From Candidatus Bathyarchaeum tardum (lineage in GTDB: Archaea; Thermoproteota; Bathyarchaeia; Bathyarchaeales; Bathyarchaeaceae), in contig CP122380.1 in assembly GCA_024650005.2 (NCBI GenBank), positions 1 to 64,000 on the forward strand: 64,000 nt of DNA, in the 5' to 3' direction. Below the pieces are notes generated by a model that was given only the letters and a program-made list of their open reading frames with translations, was not told the DNA's origin and made no database searches. Positions 1-9,594 of the stretch are shown piece by piece; the first letter of the stretch is position 1; every line of letters begins with the position of its first letter. A program made the position numbers and the translations under genes.

Positions 1-483
1 TATGGATTGTCCTAAACAAGAGTTTGCTAAATAATCAGAAAAATCGCCAGTTTTTATTTGTTCGAGCAAATGTGATTTTATGTTGTAGTGATACAAACCC
101 ATGTCTATGGTGTCTACTTTTTTGGCAAACAAATAAGTTTCAATTAGATATAACGCTCCAGCGCTAGGAGCATTGCGAAACTCATAACTCCCGTCTACCC
201 GTTGAATCCCAGTTGAGGACCATAAAAGATAACCCAACTGCATTAAACTCAAAGATTGCTCAGAAAAACTACGAACACTCCTCCGCCTTCTTACTGCTTC
301 GTCAAAGGATAAAGTTTCAAACTCTCTAGAAAAGGGCAACTCAATTTTTTTATTATCCAGATACTGTTTGTAAGTGTCTGGCTTGTTTGCCCAATCCAGA
401 TAGCCCCCAGTCATTTTATTTCTGTTATATTTGGTATGAAACTGAAAATCGTCACCAACAGTGTGTACCAAAAAATCCCTCAA
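1..483 (-). CDS. SagB/ThcOx-family nitroreductase-like dehydrogenase (3' truncated by window edge)
   Basis: Not in ORF track; manual translation from TTG 483 gives ...LDWANKPDTYKQY...RRRRSVRSFS...GYLLWSSTG...FRNAPSAGALYLIETY...GLYHYN, the SagB-type RRS.R and PSAGALY motifs. Confidence 0.85.
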   Translation of the reverse strand, partial: MRDFLVHTVGDDFQFHTKYNRNKMTGGYLDWANKPDTYKQYLDNKKIELPFSREFETLSFDEAVRRRRSVRSFSEQSLSLMQLGYLLWSSTGIQRVDGSYEFRNAPSAGALYLIETYLFAKKVDTIDMGLYHYNIKSHLLEQIKTGDFSDYLANSCLGQSI

Positions 484-509
484 GGTGTCTTAGTTAAAGT
501 AACGCAGGT

Positions 510-698
510 TCATAGGGGATGAAGAAAAACAAACTTGCCATTTTCTGCTGAACAACCACAAGGTAACTTGTTGAGTTCCTTGAAATTGAATGATTCAACG
601 CCATCAACTAAGGTTCCCTTGGCACCGCATTTTTTACATTCATAGATTATGTTTGATTTGTTCACGAAAACACCACAAACTAGACGAGTTAGAACCAC
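510..698 (-). CDS. small Cys-rich (CxxC...CxC) putative zinc-binding protein
   Basis: YECKKCG and LPCGCS; lies in line between dsrE-like and sagB-like genes; true start may be a few codons downstream. Confidence 0.45.
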   Translation of the reverse strand: MVLTRLVCGVFVNKSNIIYECKKCGAKGTLVDGVESFNFKELNKLPCGCSAENGKFVFLHPL

Positions 699-1066
699 AT
701 TGTGCCGTTGGATTCAAGCACTAGATCATTTAATGTTGCTGCGCCCACGATTTTTAGTCCAGGAATCAAGTCGATTTTTTCCCAACCAAACATTTGTTTT
801 GAAGCTTCACAAACCAGAATTTGAACCCCTGATGCGAGAGTATTGTCAATCATTTCTTTCACAGTTGGAAAAGACCCTAGTTTTATTTTTTCAGCCACTC
901 CTAGAAGTAATACCCGAAGTCCTTGTCCGAGATAGTAAACTTTGGCGTCTACACCCATTGTTTTTGCAGTTTGTGCTAAAACAAGGGGAGAGTATTGGCG
1001 TTCAGGATCGTCACTGGTTTGAACATATAATAAAGATTTTTTATCAACCAAAAACCATTCCCCCAA
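689..1066 (-). CDS. DsrE/DsrF-like family protein
   Basis: YSPLVLAQTA, VYYLGQG, ILVCEAS, GAATLNDL pattern typical of DsrE-fold proteins. Confidence 0.8.
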   Translation of the reverse strand: MGEWFLVDKKSLLYVQTSDDPERQYSPLVLAQTAKTMGVDAKVYYLGQGLRVLLLGVAEKIKLGSFPTVKEMIDNTLASGVQILVCEASKQMFGWEKIDLIPGLKIVGAATLNDLVLESNGTMWF

Positions 1067-1147
1067 ATTAATCCATAATAATATTAATGATATAACAATG
1101 TTATAAACTTTTATAATAAAAAGATAACATCAACTTTTCCAAAACAG

Positions 1148-1933
1148 TTAGGCGTATTTTTTGAATATATCATGGTATTTTTGGATAGTTTTTTTGGGGT
1201 TATCTGCATATAAGACTGCCCGTCCCAGGCTAATCAGGGGGTTTTTGACGTACCGAATGTTATTTGCTTTTCCCCCTTGGGGTCCGATTCCTTGAAGCAA
1301 AAACACTGCCGTATCACCCACTGTTTCTTGAATCTGCTTTACGTACTCAGGTTTAACAAAACAGGTCAAACCAACCACACAACCATCTGCACCAGTTTCT
1401 TTGATTGATTGTGCAGTGTACAAAAAGTAAGGTTTCCCGTTTACGGTGGTGTTTACCATCATTTGTTCTGCTTCGGGATTTGACATCAAAGTAAGAACAA
1501 TCACGCCCAAATCTTGTTCGTGGGCTTTTTCTACAGTCATTTTGGTGTTGCCAGCAAAGGGCGAGAAAGTGAAGGCATCAAAACCCATTTTTTTTATCCA
1601 ATATAAAGCTGACCCGTTAGTTGAGCCTATGTCGGTTAATTTATGGTCGAGAATTGATAACATACCAAGATCATGAATTTTTTTTGCTATGGTTTGAAGT
1701 ATCCCAGTGTGCCCTAAATAATACTGGGTGTTAGGTTTAACACAACAACAATAGTCGCTAACTTGCTCAAGGATATCTAACGAAAAATCTAGGAGGGCTT
1801 GTTGGTCTTCTTTGTTTGCATAACTAAGGGGAATTGTGTTGCTGCTTCTTTGATTAGGTAACGCAGGGTCAAGATTAAGATTAATAAAACTGCCTTTTTC
1901 TTTAGTTATCTGCAAATACTTCGCATAAAACAT
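1148..1933 (-). CDS. pyrF: orotidine-5'-phosphate decarboxylase
   Basis: NLDP, VKPN, ILDHKLTDIGST (DxKxxDIxxT), LTLMSNP, GIGPQGG, LGRAV; start moved to ATG 1933. Confidence 0.9.
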   Translation of the reverse strand: MFYAKYLQITKEKGSFINLNLDPALPNQRSSNTIPLSYANKEDQQALLDFSLDILEQVSDYCCCVKPNTQYYLGHTGILQTIAKKIHDLGMLSILDHKLTDIGSTNGSALYWIKKMGFDAFTFSPFAGNTKMTVEKAHEQDLGVIVLTLMSNPEAEQMMVNTTVNGKPYFLYTAQSIKETGADGCVVGLTCFVKPEYVKQIQETVGDTAVFLLQGIGPQGGKANNIRYVKNPLISLGRAVLYADNPKKTIQKYHDIFKKYA

Positions 1934-2235
1934 TTGGTAACCCTTGCATGTAATGTGCAAACCTTTCATTATTAAGTTGGACGGAAAACCTTCGTACAAC
2001 CACAACAATAAAACAAACAACCACAAACAAAGGCAAAACATGACACATACAAATAAACAGACCAAAAACAACTCTCAAACGCTCAGGAATATACATAAAA
2101 AGAATCTCAGCAAACACAAGATAACAATTTTGTTACATACCCTTCGGATTTTTGACCCAAAAATAAGTTGTATTTTTTTGGAAAAATGAAAACATAACTG
2201 AAAAAACGGTTACGGCGTAGCTTGTGAATTCAGAG

Positions 2236-2355
2236 TTAGTTTTTCATACTCATCTGTGAAATGAGGTTTACATATTCGTTGATTACCTGTTGTCGAGCTT
2301 TCTTGTTTTTTATGTTCGATATGCTAGATCGCAGATGAAATGCACGACGTTTCAT
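2236..2355 (-). CDS. putative 39-aa small protein
   Basis: Manual translation MKRRAFHLRSSISNIKNKKARQQVINEYVNLISQMSMKN; fills an otherwise empty intergenic gap. Confidence 0.25.
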   Translation of the reverse strand: MKRRAFHLRSSISNIKNKKARQQVINEYVNLISQMSMKN

Positions 2356-2581
2356 TTTTTCTTTACTCAAATTTATCGCCCATGGCAATACTTCTTAAAC
2401 AGCGGGTGCTTTTTTTACTTATAAATATTATGGAAATTTTCGACAAACAAATTATAACAACATTTTTAGAAATATTTCCTCCACCGTAATATACGGTTTT
2501 CAGAAGTAGACCTTTTATTTGTTCAAGTTCACTCCAAATATAGATAAAAACTCTAGAAAAATAATAAAGAGCGGACAAAAA

Positions 2582-2848
2582 GTGGAAAACAAACGAAGAG
2601 ACAGACTTTACATTATTTCTGAAATTTTGAGCATATGCAAAGATGGCTCTTTGAAAACTCAGATAATGTACAAAGCCAATTTAAGCTTCGCTCAGTTGAA
2701 TGAGTATATAGATTTTCTTATTAAAATTGAACTTATTACAATCCAAAAAGAAAGTGGTAAAAACGTTTACCGAATAACTGCCAAAGGACAAAAGTATCTG
2801 GAAAAATACAAAGATATCTCCGAAATTTTGGGGAATACTGATTCCTAA
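2582..2848 (+). CDS. archaeal winged helix-turn-helix protein (HTH_45-like)
   Basis: RRDRLYIISEIL...KTQIMYKANLSFAQLNEY...YRITAKG; probable GTG start at 2582. Confidence 0.85.
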   Translation: MENKRRDRLYIISEILSICKDGSLKTQIMYKANLSFAQLNEYIDFLIKIELITIQKESGKNVYRITAKGQKYLEKYKDISEILGNTDS

Positions 2849-2911
2849 GGGCACGGACTACAAGCAAATCTGAACAAAAAATTGTTAAATAAAGAAAGGT
2901 TTCAAAGGTCT

Positions 2912-3643
2912 TCAAGAAATAACCTTTGCAGTAACCCCATCAATTTTTATTATTTTTTCTTCAGCAGTTTTTTCATTTCTGAAGGTGATCACAAAAAATG
3001 GGCTATAAACCACAGCGTGTTCAGAAACATGAAACAGTTCATCTTCAATTTCACCAACATTTTCGGGTCTTTTTACAATACGGGCTTTGACCATGTTAAT
3101 TTCTTTTTGAGGAGTAAGCTTAACATCTCCAGTTTTTTTATTAAATTCCTTCAATATTTCCTCGGGATTGTCTTCAGAAGGAGCAGCAGGAACCTGATCA
3201 GGAGGAATTTCATTACCATCGCTGTCAAGCACAATATATGCCTTGTCGTTATATGATGCATACATTTTAGCCTCCAATTTTATCACCTTGCGAGAGCTTT
3301 CTGCACCATTACCAGCTGGTTCAACTTCAGGCGTATATGACTTTTCAGAAATCTTTACTTCTTCTGTTTCAGGATCAACACCCAAAGAGTAAAGTTTTGT
3401 TTTATAGTAATGCACATCGTATTTTGCATCGATCAGAACGTAAGGTTCATAGTATTTGTCAACAGAAACAACTCGAATCTCTTCGGCTTGATTCTGAGAG
3501 AAACTGAATTTGGTAAACAACTTATACTTCATTTTCTCTGCAGTGAGTTTAACGATTGTCGGATCGACACGAGATTTATAAACAATAATTTTTCTTTCGC
3601 TTATTTTCTCTGGGACAGGGGGAATCTCGCTCAAATGTAGCAC
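2912..3643 (-). CDS. hypothetical protein
   Basis: 243-aa ORF with protein-like composition; C-terminal IKIDGVTAKV. Confidence 0.7.
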   Translation of the reverse strand: MLHLSEIPPVPEKISERKIIVYKSRVDPTIVKLTAEKMKYKLFTKFSFSQNQAEEIRVVSVDKYYEPYVLIDAKYDVHYYKTKLYSLGVDPETEEVKISEKSYTPEVEPAGNGAESSRKVIKLEAKMYASYNDKAYIVLDSDGNEIPPDQVPAAPSEDNPEEILKEFNKKTGDVKLTPQKEINMVKARIVKRPENVGEIEDELFHVSEHAVVYSPFFVITFRNEKTAEEKIIKIDGVTAKVIS

Positions 3644-3728
3644 CTAAAGACTAAAATCCCGATTTCATTAATTAATTATTTATGAAGCCCTAATCCGAAT
3701 TAATTGTTTATAACCGGATACAAAATTA

Positions 3729-3827
3729 TTAGGCTTTCAAATAATCAAGGGTCCTTTCTTTGAGAAAAGGAGATTCTTCAAGCATAGATTTTATTATGTT
3801 CCATCTTGCTTCGTGTACGTCTGTCAT
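3729..3827 (-). CDS. putative 32-aa small protein
   Basis: Manual translation MTDVHEARWNIIKSMLEESPFLKERTLDYLKA; amphipathic, codirectional with the downstream gene. Confidence 0.35.
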   Translation of the reverse strand: MTDVHEARWNIIKSMLEESPFLKERTLDYLKA

Positions 3828-4136
3828 TTTTCTTCAGTGATATCATCTAGCGAGTGATATTAAAAATTGTAAGTCGAAAACAGATATATTACCTTTTAAG
3901 ATGTAAAAATATTGTTCAAATGCACACATGAAACATTATTCTTCCATTAAACACATTTTCAACATTTTTTAATTTAAAAATAATTGAAGGATAAAAACAT
4001 TAATAAATCATATAGAAGTAAGTTCTATAGGTATTTTCCATAAAATTTTTGAAATATTACATCTTGAGCAATATAGCCTTTATTCAAAGAGTGCAAATTA
4101 TCAAGCAAGGCAGTAAACAGAAGGTGTATAATACGC

Positions 4137-6545
4137 ATGATTAATCAGACTTTAAGAACAGCTTTCATGGGAAAAAATTATGAAAGCTTAGAAAAAAACA
4201 AACAGATAAAGAAAAGAATGCTAACAAGCCTAATCATCTTAACATTAATTTCTTTGCTTGTTTCCACACCACAATTGATCTTTTCTGCATCAGCAATAGG
4301 CTCTGAACCAAGTCTAGAAGAGATCCTAAACAATGTAGGATATGGTAATATTGCTATTGAAGATGTTGAAACATTCCCAGCAGGAATTTATAACATCACA
4401 TTGCTAGCAGAATTTGCTGGATACTATAACAACAACATCCTGAGTTATTATGTGGTTGAAACAACAAACTATCATACAATCTTCACAGGACCCGAAGGGG
4501 CATCTGGAAGCAATAATGGCGGATATGTAATTCCGCCAATATCCAAGATGTTAGAAGTTGACAGTCAGTTTGGGTTGACACTGATCACTCCTGAGTATCA
4601 GTATTTCACAGAGCATGATTTAAACCCCGACTTTCCTTTGGAACACGCTCAAGTGTTCAGGAATTTAGATAACCCAAACATGTTTCTGATTGGCTTTGAA
4701 AATTATTATGGGCAACAAATTGCTCGTGACTTTAATGACATGGTTTTCTCTTTGACACTCATCAACCCCTTAGAAATTGTCAGCGTTAGCAGAATTCCTG
4801 AAACTCCCAACTATGATGAATCAGTAACGGTTACTGCACAAGTCAAAGAGGGCAGTTACGAAATTGATTCAGTCATTCTCAGTTTCCAAGCTAACTCAGG
4901 AAGCTGGAGCAACGTAACCATGAATTTAGACACCACTGAATATGTTGCAATGATCCCAGCTCAACAATACGGCAAAACAGTAAACTACAAAGTTTATGCC
5001 ATAGACGTATTTGGCAGTACAGCTGTTTCAACAGTTTATTCCTATACGGTTGGCGACTTTATTGAGCCAATAATAATTGATGTGGCTCGAATTCCCTCAG
5101 TAGTTAACTCTCACCAAATAGCTACAATTTTGGCTAATGTGACCGAACCCATTGCCGGAAGCGGAGTCAAATCAGTTATTCTACACTACAAAATAAACAA
5201 CGAGTGGACAATGAATGCAATGTCATTACGTGATGGGTTATGGACTGAAATTATTCCTGGACAAAACCCAGGAACTCCAGTTCAGTTTTATGTACAAGCT
5301 TATGACGGAGCAGGAAATAATGCACAATCACCAACTTTCAGCTACCAAGTCATAATTCCAAACAGCGCACCAAGAGCAGACTTTAGTGTTGCCCCAACCC
5401 CGGGATATACTGATGAAAACATAAACTTTGATGGATCTGCTAGCTCAGATTTAGACGGTACTATTGCAAATTATTTCTGGAACTTTGGAGATGGAACCTA
5501 TGCATATGGCGAAACAACAAGCCACGCATATGATAAGAATGGGGAATTTGTTGTTTCACTCAGAGTAACTGATAACAGAGGAGCAATTGACATCATCACA
5601 AAAACAGTAACTGTTGAAAACAGACCAGCCCCACAGCCTACAAACAACAGACCAGTAGCAGTTTTCACAGAGTCTCCTGAACCAGCTTATGCAACTGAAA
5701 CAGTAACTCTCAATGCTTCTGAAAGCTACGACACAGACGGAACAATCACCACATATACATGGAACTTTGGCGACGGAACAACAGCAACAGGCGCCATAGT
5801 GACTCATACCTACGAAAATTCTGGCTCATACAAAATAGAATTAACAGTAACAGACAATGAAGGAGCGACAGACTCAACGACTTCAACAAAAACTATCCTA
5901 AATAACGAACCTATAGCAGCGTTTACACAAACTTCTGAAGAAGCAAACAAAGGTGAAAAAATCGTTTTTGATGCTTCCGAAAGCTTTGATGTAGACGGCA
6001 CAATAGTTGAATATACATGGACTTTCGGTGACCAAACAACATCAACAGGTGTTATAGTTGACCACTCTTACCCCAACACTGGAGAATATACAGTAACCCT
6101 GACAGTCACAGATGATGATGGAGCTACAGATTCAGTAACTTCAACAGTAAATGTTGTTAATCAAGAACCAGTAGCAATATTCATTGCAAACACCACAGAA
6201 ATTACAGAAAACCAAGCAGTCCAATTTGATGCTTCTGAAAGCTACGACACAGACGGAACAATCACCACATACACATGGAACTTTGGCGACGGAACAACAG
6301 CAACAGGGATAACTACAGAGCACACCTACACGCAAGCAGGAGAATACACAGTAACTCTAACAGTAACCGATAACGAAGGCGCATCCACATCAGCAACTAC
6401 CCCAGTGAACGTCACTGCTGAACCAACGGTAACATTAGCAGTTCTTTCTGTGATTGGTTTAGGAATCACTGCATTAACGGCCAGTCTTCTGTATGGCTTG
6501 TTTGTGCGAAGAAATAAAAATAAAAAATCCAAAAAAACCGATTAA
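4137..6545 (+). CDS. membrane-anchored cell-surface protein: signal peptide, DUF4114-like region, Ig-like domains, four PKD domains, C-terminal TM anchor
   Basis: Hydrophobic N-terminus; IGFEN...DFNDMVF; four FDAS.S.D.DG.I..Y.W.FGD repeats; C-terminal TM followed by basic tail; start may be ATG 4218. Confidence 0.9.
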   Translation: MINQTLRTAFMGKNYESLEKNKQIKKRMLTSLIILTLISLLVSTPQLIFSASAIGSEPSLEEILNNVGYGNIAIEDVETFPAGIYNITLLAEFAGYYNNNILSYYVVETTNYHTIFTGPEGASGSNNGGYVIPPISKMLEVDSQFGLTLITPEYQYFTEHDLNPDFPLEHAQVFRNLDNPNMFLIGFENYYGQQIARDFNDMVFSLTLINPLEIVSVSRIPETPNYDESVTVTAQVKEGSYEIDSVILSFQANSGSWSNVTMNLDTTEYVAMIPAQQYGKTVNYKVYAIDVFGSTAVSTVYSYTVGDFIEPIIIDVARIPSVVNSHQIATILANVTEPIAGSGVKSVILHYKINNEWTMNAMSLRDGLWTEIIPGQNPGTPVQFYVQAYDGAGNNAQSPTFSYQVIIPNSAPRADFSVAPTPGYTDENINFDGSASSDLDGTIANYFWNFGDGTYAYGETTSHAYDKNGEFVVSLRVTDNRGAIDIITKTVTVENRPAPQPTNNRPVAVFTESPEPAYATETVTLNASESYDTDGTITTYTWNFGDGTTATGAIVTHTYENSGSYKIELTVTDNEGATDSTTSTKTILNNEPIAAFTQTSEEANKGEKIVFDASESFDVDGTIVEYTWTFGDQTTSTGVIVDHSYPNTGEYTVTLTVTDDDGATDSVTSTVNVVNQEPVAIFIANTTEITENQAVQFDASESYDTDGTITTYTWNFGDGTTATGITTEHTYTQAGEYTVTLTVTDNEGASTSATTPVNVTAEPTVTLAVLSVIGLGITALTASLLYGLFVRRNKNKKSKKTD
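5713..6307 (+). repeat. 79-bp near-identical direct repeat (5713-5791 and 6229-6307) within PKD domains 2 and 4
   Basis: atgcttctgaaagctacgacacagacgg...acagcaacagg, one synonymous mismatch (tat/tac). Confidence 0.9.
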
Positions 6546-6567
6546 ACCTAGATAAGTTCTAGGTTTA
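6543..6567. terminator. hairpin between convergent genes
   Basis: TAAACCTAGA-taagt-TCTAGGTTTA followed by T-rich tract. Confidence 0.5.
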
Positions 6568-6635
6568 TTCCCTATTTATTTTTAATCAATTTTTTAGTTC
6601 AAAAAAATTAAATAGACCAAAGTTACCGTGAAAAA

Positions 6636-7136
6636 TTAGTCAAGATCTAAAACACCCTCAAAGACGTCTTCTTCATTGACCATCAATTCTTTAGAAAGCC
6701 ACATTTTCAGCAAGTTGCTATTTGAAGGAAAATCTCCAGCATAAGAAACTAATTTGCCATTTTTTAAGGCATCTGCTTTAAACGTGTTTTCTGATGTTTT
6801 GAAAAGATATGAAACTGTTTCTGCACATTTTGCCATAGCCTTGAAATCTTCCCATTTTCTGCACTTAACGTTTACAGGCTTTGCTTGTGCAACAACTGTA
6901 GATTTTTGTGGAGCATCACTGCAAGGAACTAGGTTTGTTATTTCTTCTTGAAGAATTGATATTTTGTCTTCGATGCTCTCAATTTTGCCAGTTATTTCCC
7001 CAGTTTCACCCAAACTTTCTGTTATTATACCCAACTGACCTATGAGACGATCTAGGTCTTTTTCGTGTTCTTTCAACACATTAATAATAAAGTCTAATGC
7101 TTCCAATGCTTCGTTTTTATTTGGCTTGGATTCCAT
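6636..7136 (-). CDS. hypothetical protein with N-terminal coiled coil
   Basis: ALEALDFIINVLKEHEKDLDRLI heptads; GGAG RBS upstream. Confidence 0.75.
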   Translation of the reverse strand: MESKPNKNEALEALDFIINVLKEHEKDLDRLIGQLGIITESLGETGEITGKIESIEDKISILQEEITNLVPCSDAPQKSTVVAQAKPVNVKCRKWEDFKAMAKCAETVSYLFKTSENTFKADALKNGKLVSYAGDFPSNSNLLKMWLSKELMVNEEDVFEGVLDLD

Positions 7137-7422
7137 GTCGTTGTCTCCTCGGCAATTATAGCATAACGCTTGCTAGATAAATAAAGCTAATGCATCATCA
7201 AACTGTATCATTACGGTGTTAGTTACATACTAATTAATAATTCAAACCGAAAAAACTAACAGAAAAATAAATACACAAGAACATGAGAAACAAAACTTAT
7301 GGGCAATTCAAATCCAACTCAAACAAGAAAAAACAATAAACAACAAATAAATTTTCAAAATAAAAAATAAAAAGAAGCTTAAAAGCCTCTATTTACAAAA
7401 ATTTTGCACCGTGACAGCACAG

Positions 7423-8013
7423 CTAAGCAGCTGGCTGAGCGGTTAGTTTTGATTTGCGGACGCCAACATGACGAAGTGGTGAGATTTTCTTGGCTTCATT
7501 GTAGATGTCAGAAGCAATTTTTCCTAGAACAAGTTCTTGAACGAACTGGTCAAAGGTCAAGACCTCAGATTTGTCTTTGACGATTTTGTTCATTAAGCTA
7601 CGTATTTCGTGTTCTTGTGAAGTTTTTATTCGTGAAAGGGTGAAAACAGAAACTGCTAAAGTTAATTCATAATTGTCGCTGGTTGTAACGTTTAAGATTC
7701 CGTCTACCCGTGTGGTTCGTCGTCTTACTAGGCTTCTCAAGTAGTCTCGAGAATATTCATGTCCTTTAAAGACGGTTCGGGCAGTTTTGCCTTCAACTTC
7801 TTCGATTCGGAAATAAAGTTTGAGATATTGATGCGCGAAGTCATTGGTGATGTCATAAAGAGTGCCGTCTACAATCCTTCCAACAAGTTTTACAGGATCG
7901 TCTGCGGGTACGGCTCCTAATTCAACTCCTCCAAAGTAAGGTGGAGAAATTACGTTGTACCATTTCTTGTCGCGCCACTTGTCTTTTATGCGTCCTCTTC
8001 TCTTTGACATCAA
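7423..8013 (-). CDS. rps3ae: 30S ribosomal protein S3Ae (eS1)
   Basis: KDKWRDKKWY, RDYLRSLVRRRT, KISPLRHV. Confidence 0.97.
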   Translation of the reverse strand: MMSKRRGRIKDKWRDKKWYNVISPPYFGGVELGAVPADDPVKLVGRIVDGTLYDITNDFAHQYLKLYFRIEEVEGKTARTVFKGHEYSRDYLRSLVRRRTTRVDGILNVTTSDNYELTLAVSVFTLSRIKTSQEHEIRSLMNKIVKDKSEVLTFDQFVQELVLGKIASDIYNEAKKISPLRHVGVRKSKLTAQPAA

Positions 8014-8074
8014 AGTCCCTCGTTGTGGATTGAAAGATTTAGCAAGGAAGTATTAAAAGCTTCGGCTTTTTGAA

Positions 8075-9355
8075 TTACTTTAAACGTTCAAGACCATTCA
8101 TATACGGCTGTAAAACTTCAGGAATTTTGACGGTTCCATCCTTTTGTTGATACTGCTCCAAGATTGCAATCAAAGTCCTGCTAGTGGCAATTGCTGTATT
8201 GTTTAGCGTATGAACAAAACCTGCAGGAGATTGTCCTTCTTTTTCGCGGTATTTTATGTTTAATCTTCGGGCTTGGTAGTCTGTACAATTGCTATTTGAG
8301 CCAGATTCCCTGAAGGTGTCATCAGCCATCCACACTTCTATGTCATATTTTTTGGCAGCAATTATTCCAATGTCACCTGTACAAACGTTTACAACCCTGT
8401 AATGCAAGCCCAAGCTGTTATAGAGATCTTCTGAATTTTGTTGCAGTTCTTCGTGATATTTCCACGAATCGTCGGGGTGACAAAAAATGAATTGTTCAAT
8501 TTTATTGAACTGGTGCACTCTGAACAAGCCTTTAGTGTATTTTCCATGGGCTCCAACTTCTTTTCTGAAGCATGGACTAACTCCAACCAATTTTATGGGC
8601 AAGTCTTGCTCAAGAATCACGTCGTCCATGTAGGATGCTGCCATTGGGTGTTCGCTTGTGGCAATCAAGTACAAGTCGTCGTTTTCAATTTTGTAGAGCT
8701 GATCCCCGAAAAATTCTAGGTCTGTGACACCCAAGTAGGGTTTTCTGTGCATCATCAATGGTGGCGCAATAAGGTTGTAGCCGCGTTCTCTGAGAAAATC
8801 TATGGTGTAAGTCATCACGGCAAAGTCTAATCTAGCTAAATCTCCTTTAAGGTAATAGAATCCGTGTCCAGAAACTTTTGCTGCCCGTTCAAAATCAACT
8901 AATTCCAAGTCTGTAGCGATTTCTACATGGCTTTTTGGTTCGAAATCAAATTTTGGGAGTTTTCCAACCGTTTTTTCAACAACATTGTATTGTTCGTCTT
9001 TTCCAAAAGGCACGCTTTCATGAAGCATATTAGGAAGCTTCATCAACAAAACGTCAGCTTTTTCTCGAAATTCGGCAACTTTGTCTTCAAGTTCTTTTAT
9101 CTGCTCTGGAATTTGTTTTGCTTGTTCGATTTGTTTGGTTGCGTCTTTTTTTTGTTTTTTTAGGCCTGCAACTTCAGCTGTTATCTGTTTGCGTTTATGG
9201 CGCAGTTCACTTGCGTCAGTGAGAAGTTTTCGCCACTGTTTATCATGTTCAATTAACTCATTAAGCATCTCAAGCTTTTCAGGTTCCCCTCGTTTCTCTA
9301 GGTTCTTTCTTACAACATCAGGATGTTCACGAATCAGCTTAATGTCCAGCATCAA
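8075..9355 (-). CDS. serS: serine--tRNA ligase
   Basis: MLDIKLIRE, LIATSEHP, FRKEVG, GLFRVHQFNKIEQF, SNCTDYQARRL, HTLNNTAIA. Confidence 0.98.
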   Translation of the reverse strand: MMLDIKLIREHPDVVRKNLEKRGEPEKLEMLNELIEHDKQWRKLLTDASELRHKRKQITAEVAGLKKQKKDATKQIEQAKQIPEQIKELEDKVAEFREKADVLLMKLPNMLHESVPFGKDEQYNVVEKTVGKLPKFDFEPKSHVEIATDLELVDFERAAKVSGHGFYYLKGDLARLDFAVMTYTIDFLRERGYNLIAPPLMMHRKPYLGVTDLEFFGDQLYKIENDDLYLIATSEHPMAASYMDDVILEQDLPIKLVGVSPCFRKEVGAHGKYTKGLFRVHQFNKIEQFIFCHPDDSWKYHEELQQNSEDLYNSLGLHYRVVNVCTGDIGIIAAKKYDIEVWMADDTFRESGSNSNCTDYQARRLNIKYREKEGQSPAGFVHTLNNTAIATSRTLIAILEQYQQKDGTVKIPEVLQPYMNGLERLK

Positions 9356-9541
9356 ATATGCCCCGTAACTCTTTCGTCAAAATTAATCCAAACTCAATAT
9401 TTAACGTTATACACCAAGGCAAAAAGCAAGCATTTGTTTTTGATGGGAATATTTTTCTGAAAAAAGTTGGTTTAAAGATAGCCCCTTTATTTGTTTCCTA
9501 ATATGGATTGACTGTTCAGAACGCTTAAACCCCCAAAAAAT

Positions 9542-9564
9542 AATGTGCGTTTTAATCGCACATT
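9542..9564. other. inverted repeat, candidate attL or integrase operator
   Basis: AATGTGCG-ttttaat-CGCACATT, 8-bp arms around a 7-bp spacer, 30 bp upstream of the integrase. Confidence 0.5.
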
Positions 9565-9594
9565 TAAAGATACTAATAGCCAAATCAGAGGTGA

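Noticed and set aside
1934-2189. Hydrophobic N-terminal extension of pyrF and overlapping short ORFs
   Set aside because: Products of an A/C-rich low-complexity intergenic tract; PyrF-like sequence begins at ATG 1933
5370-6420. CRISPR-like or DGR-like repeats
   Set aside because: In-frame PKD domain repeats; no spacer periodicity, no adenine-specific divergence, no reverse transcriptase or cas genes
9356-9594. tRNA gene as integration target
   Set aside because: No cloverleaf or T-loop GTTCRA in a tRNA context seen at either end of the element
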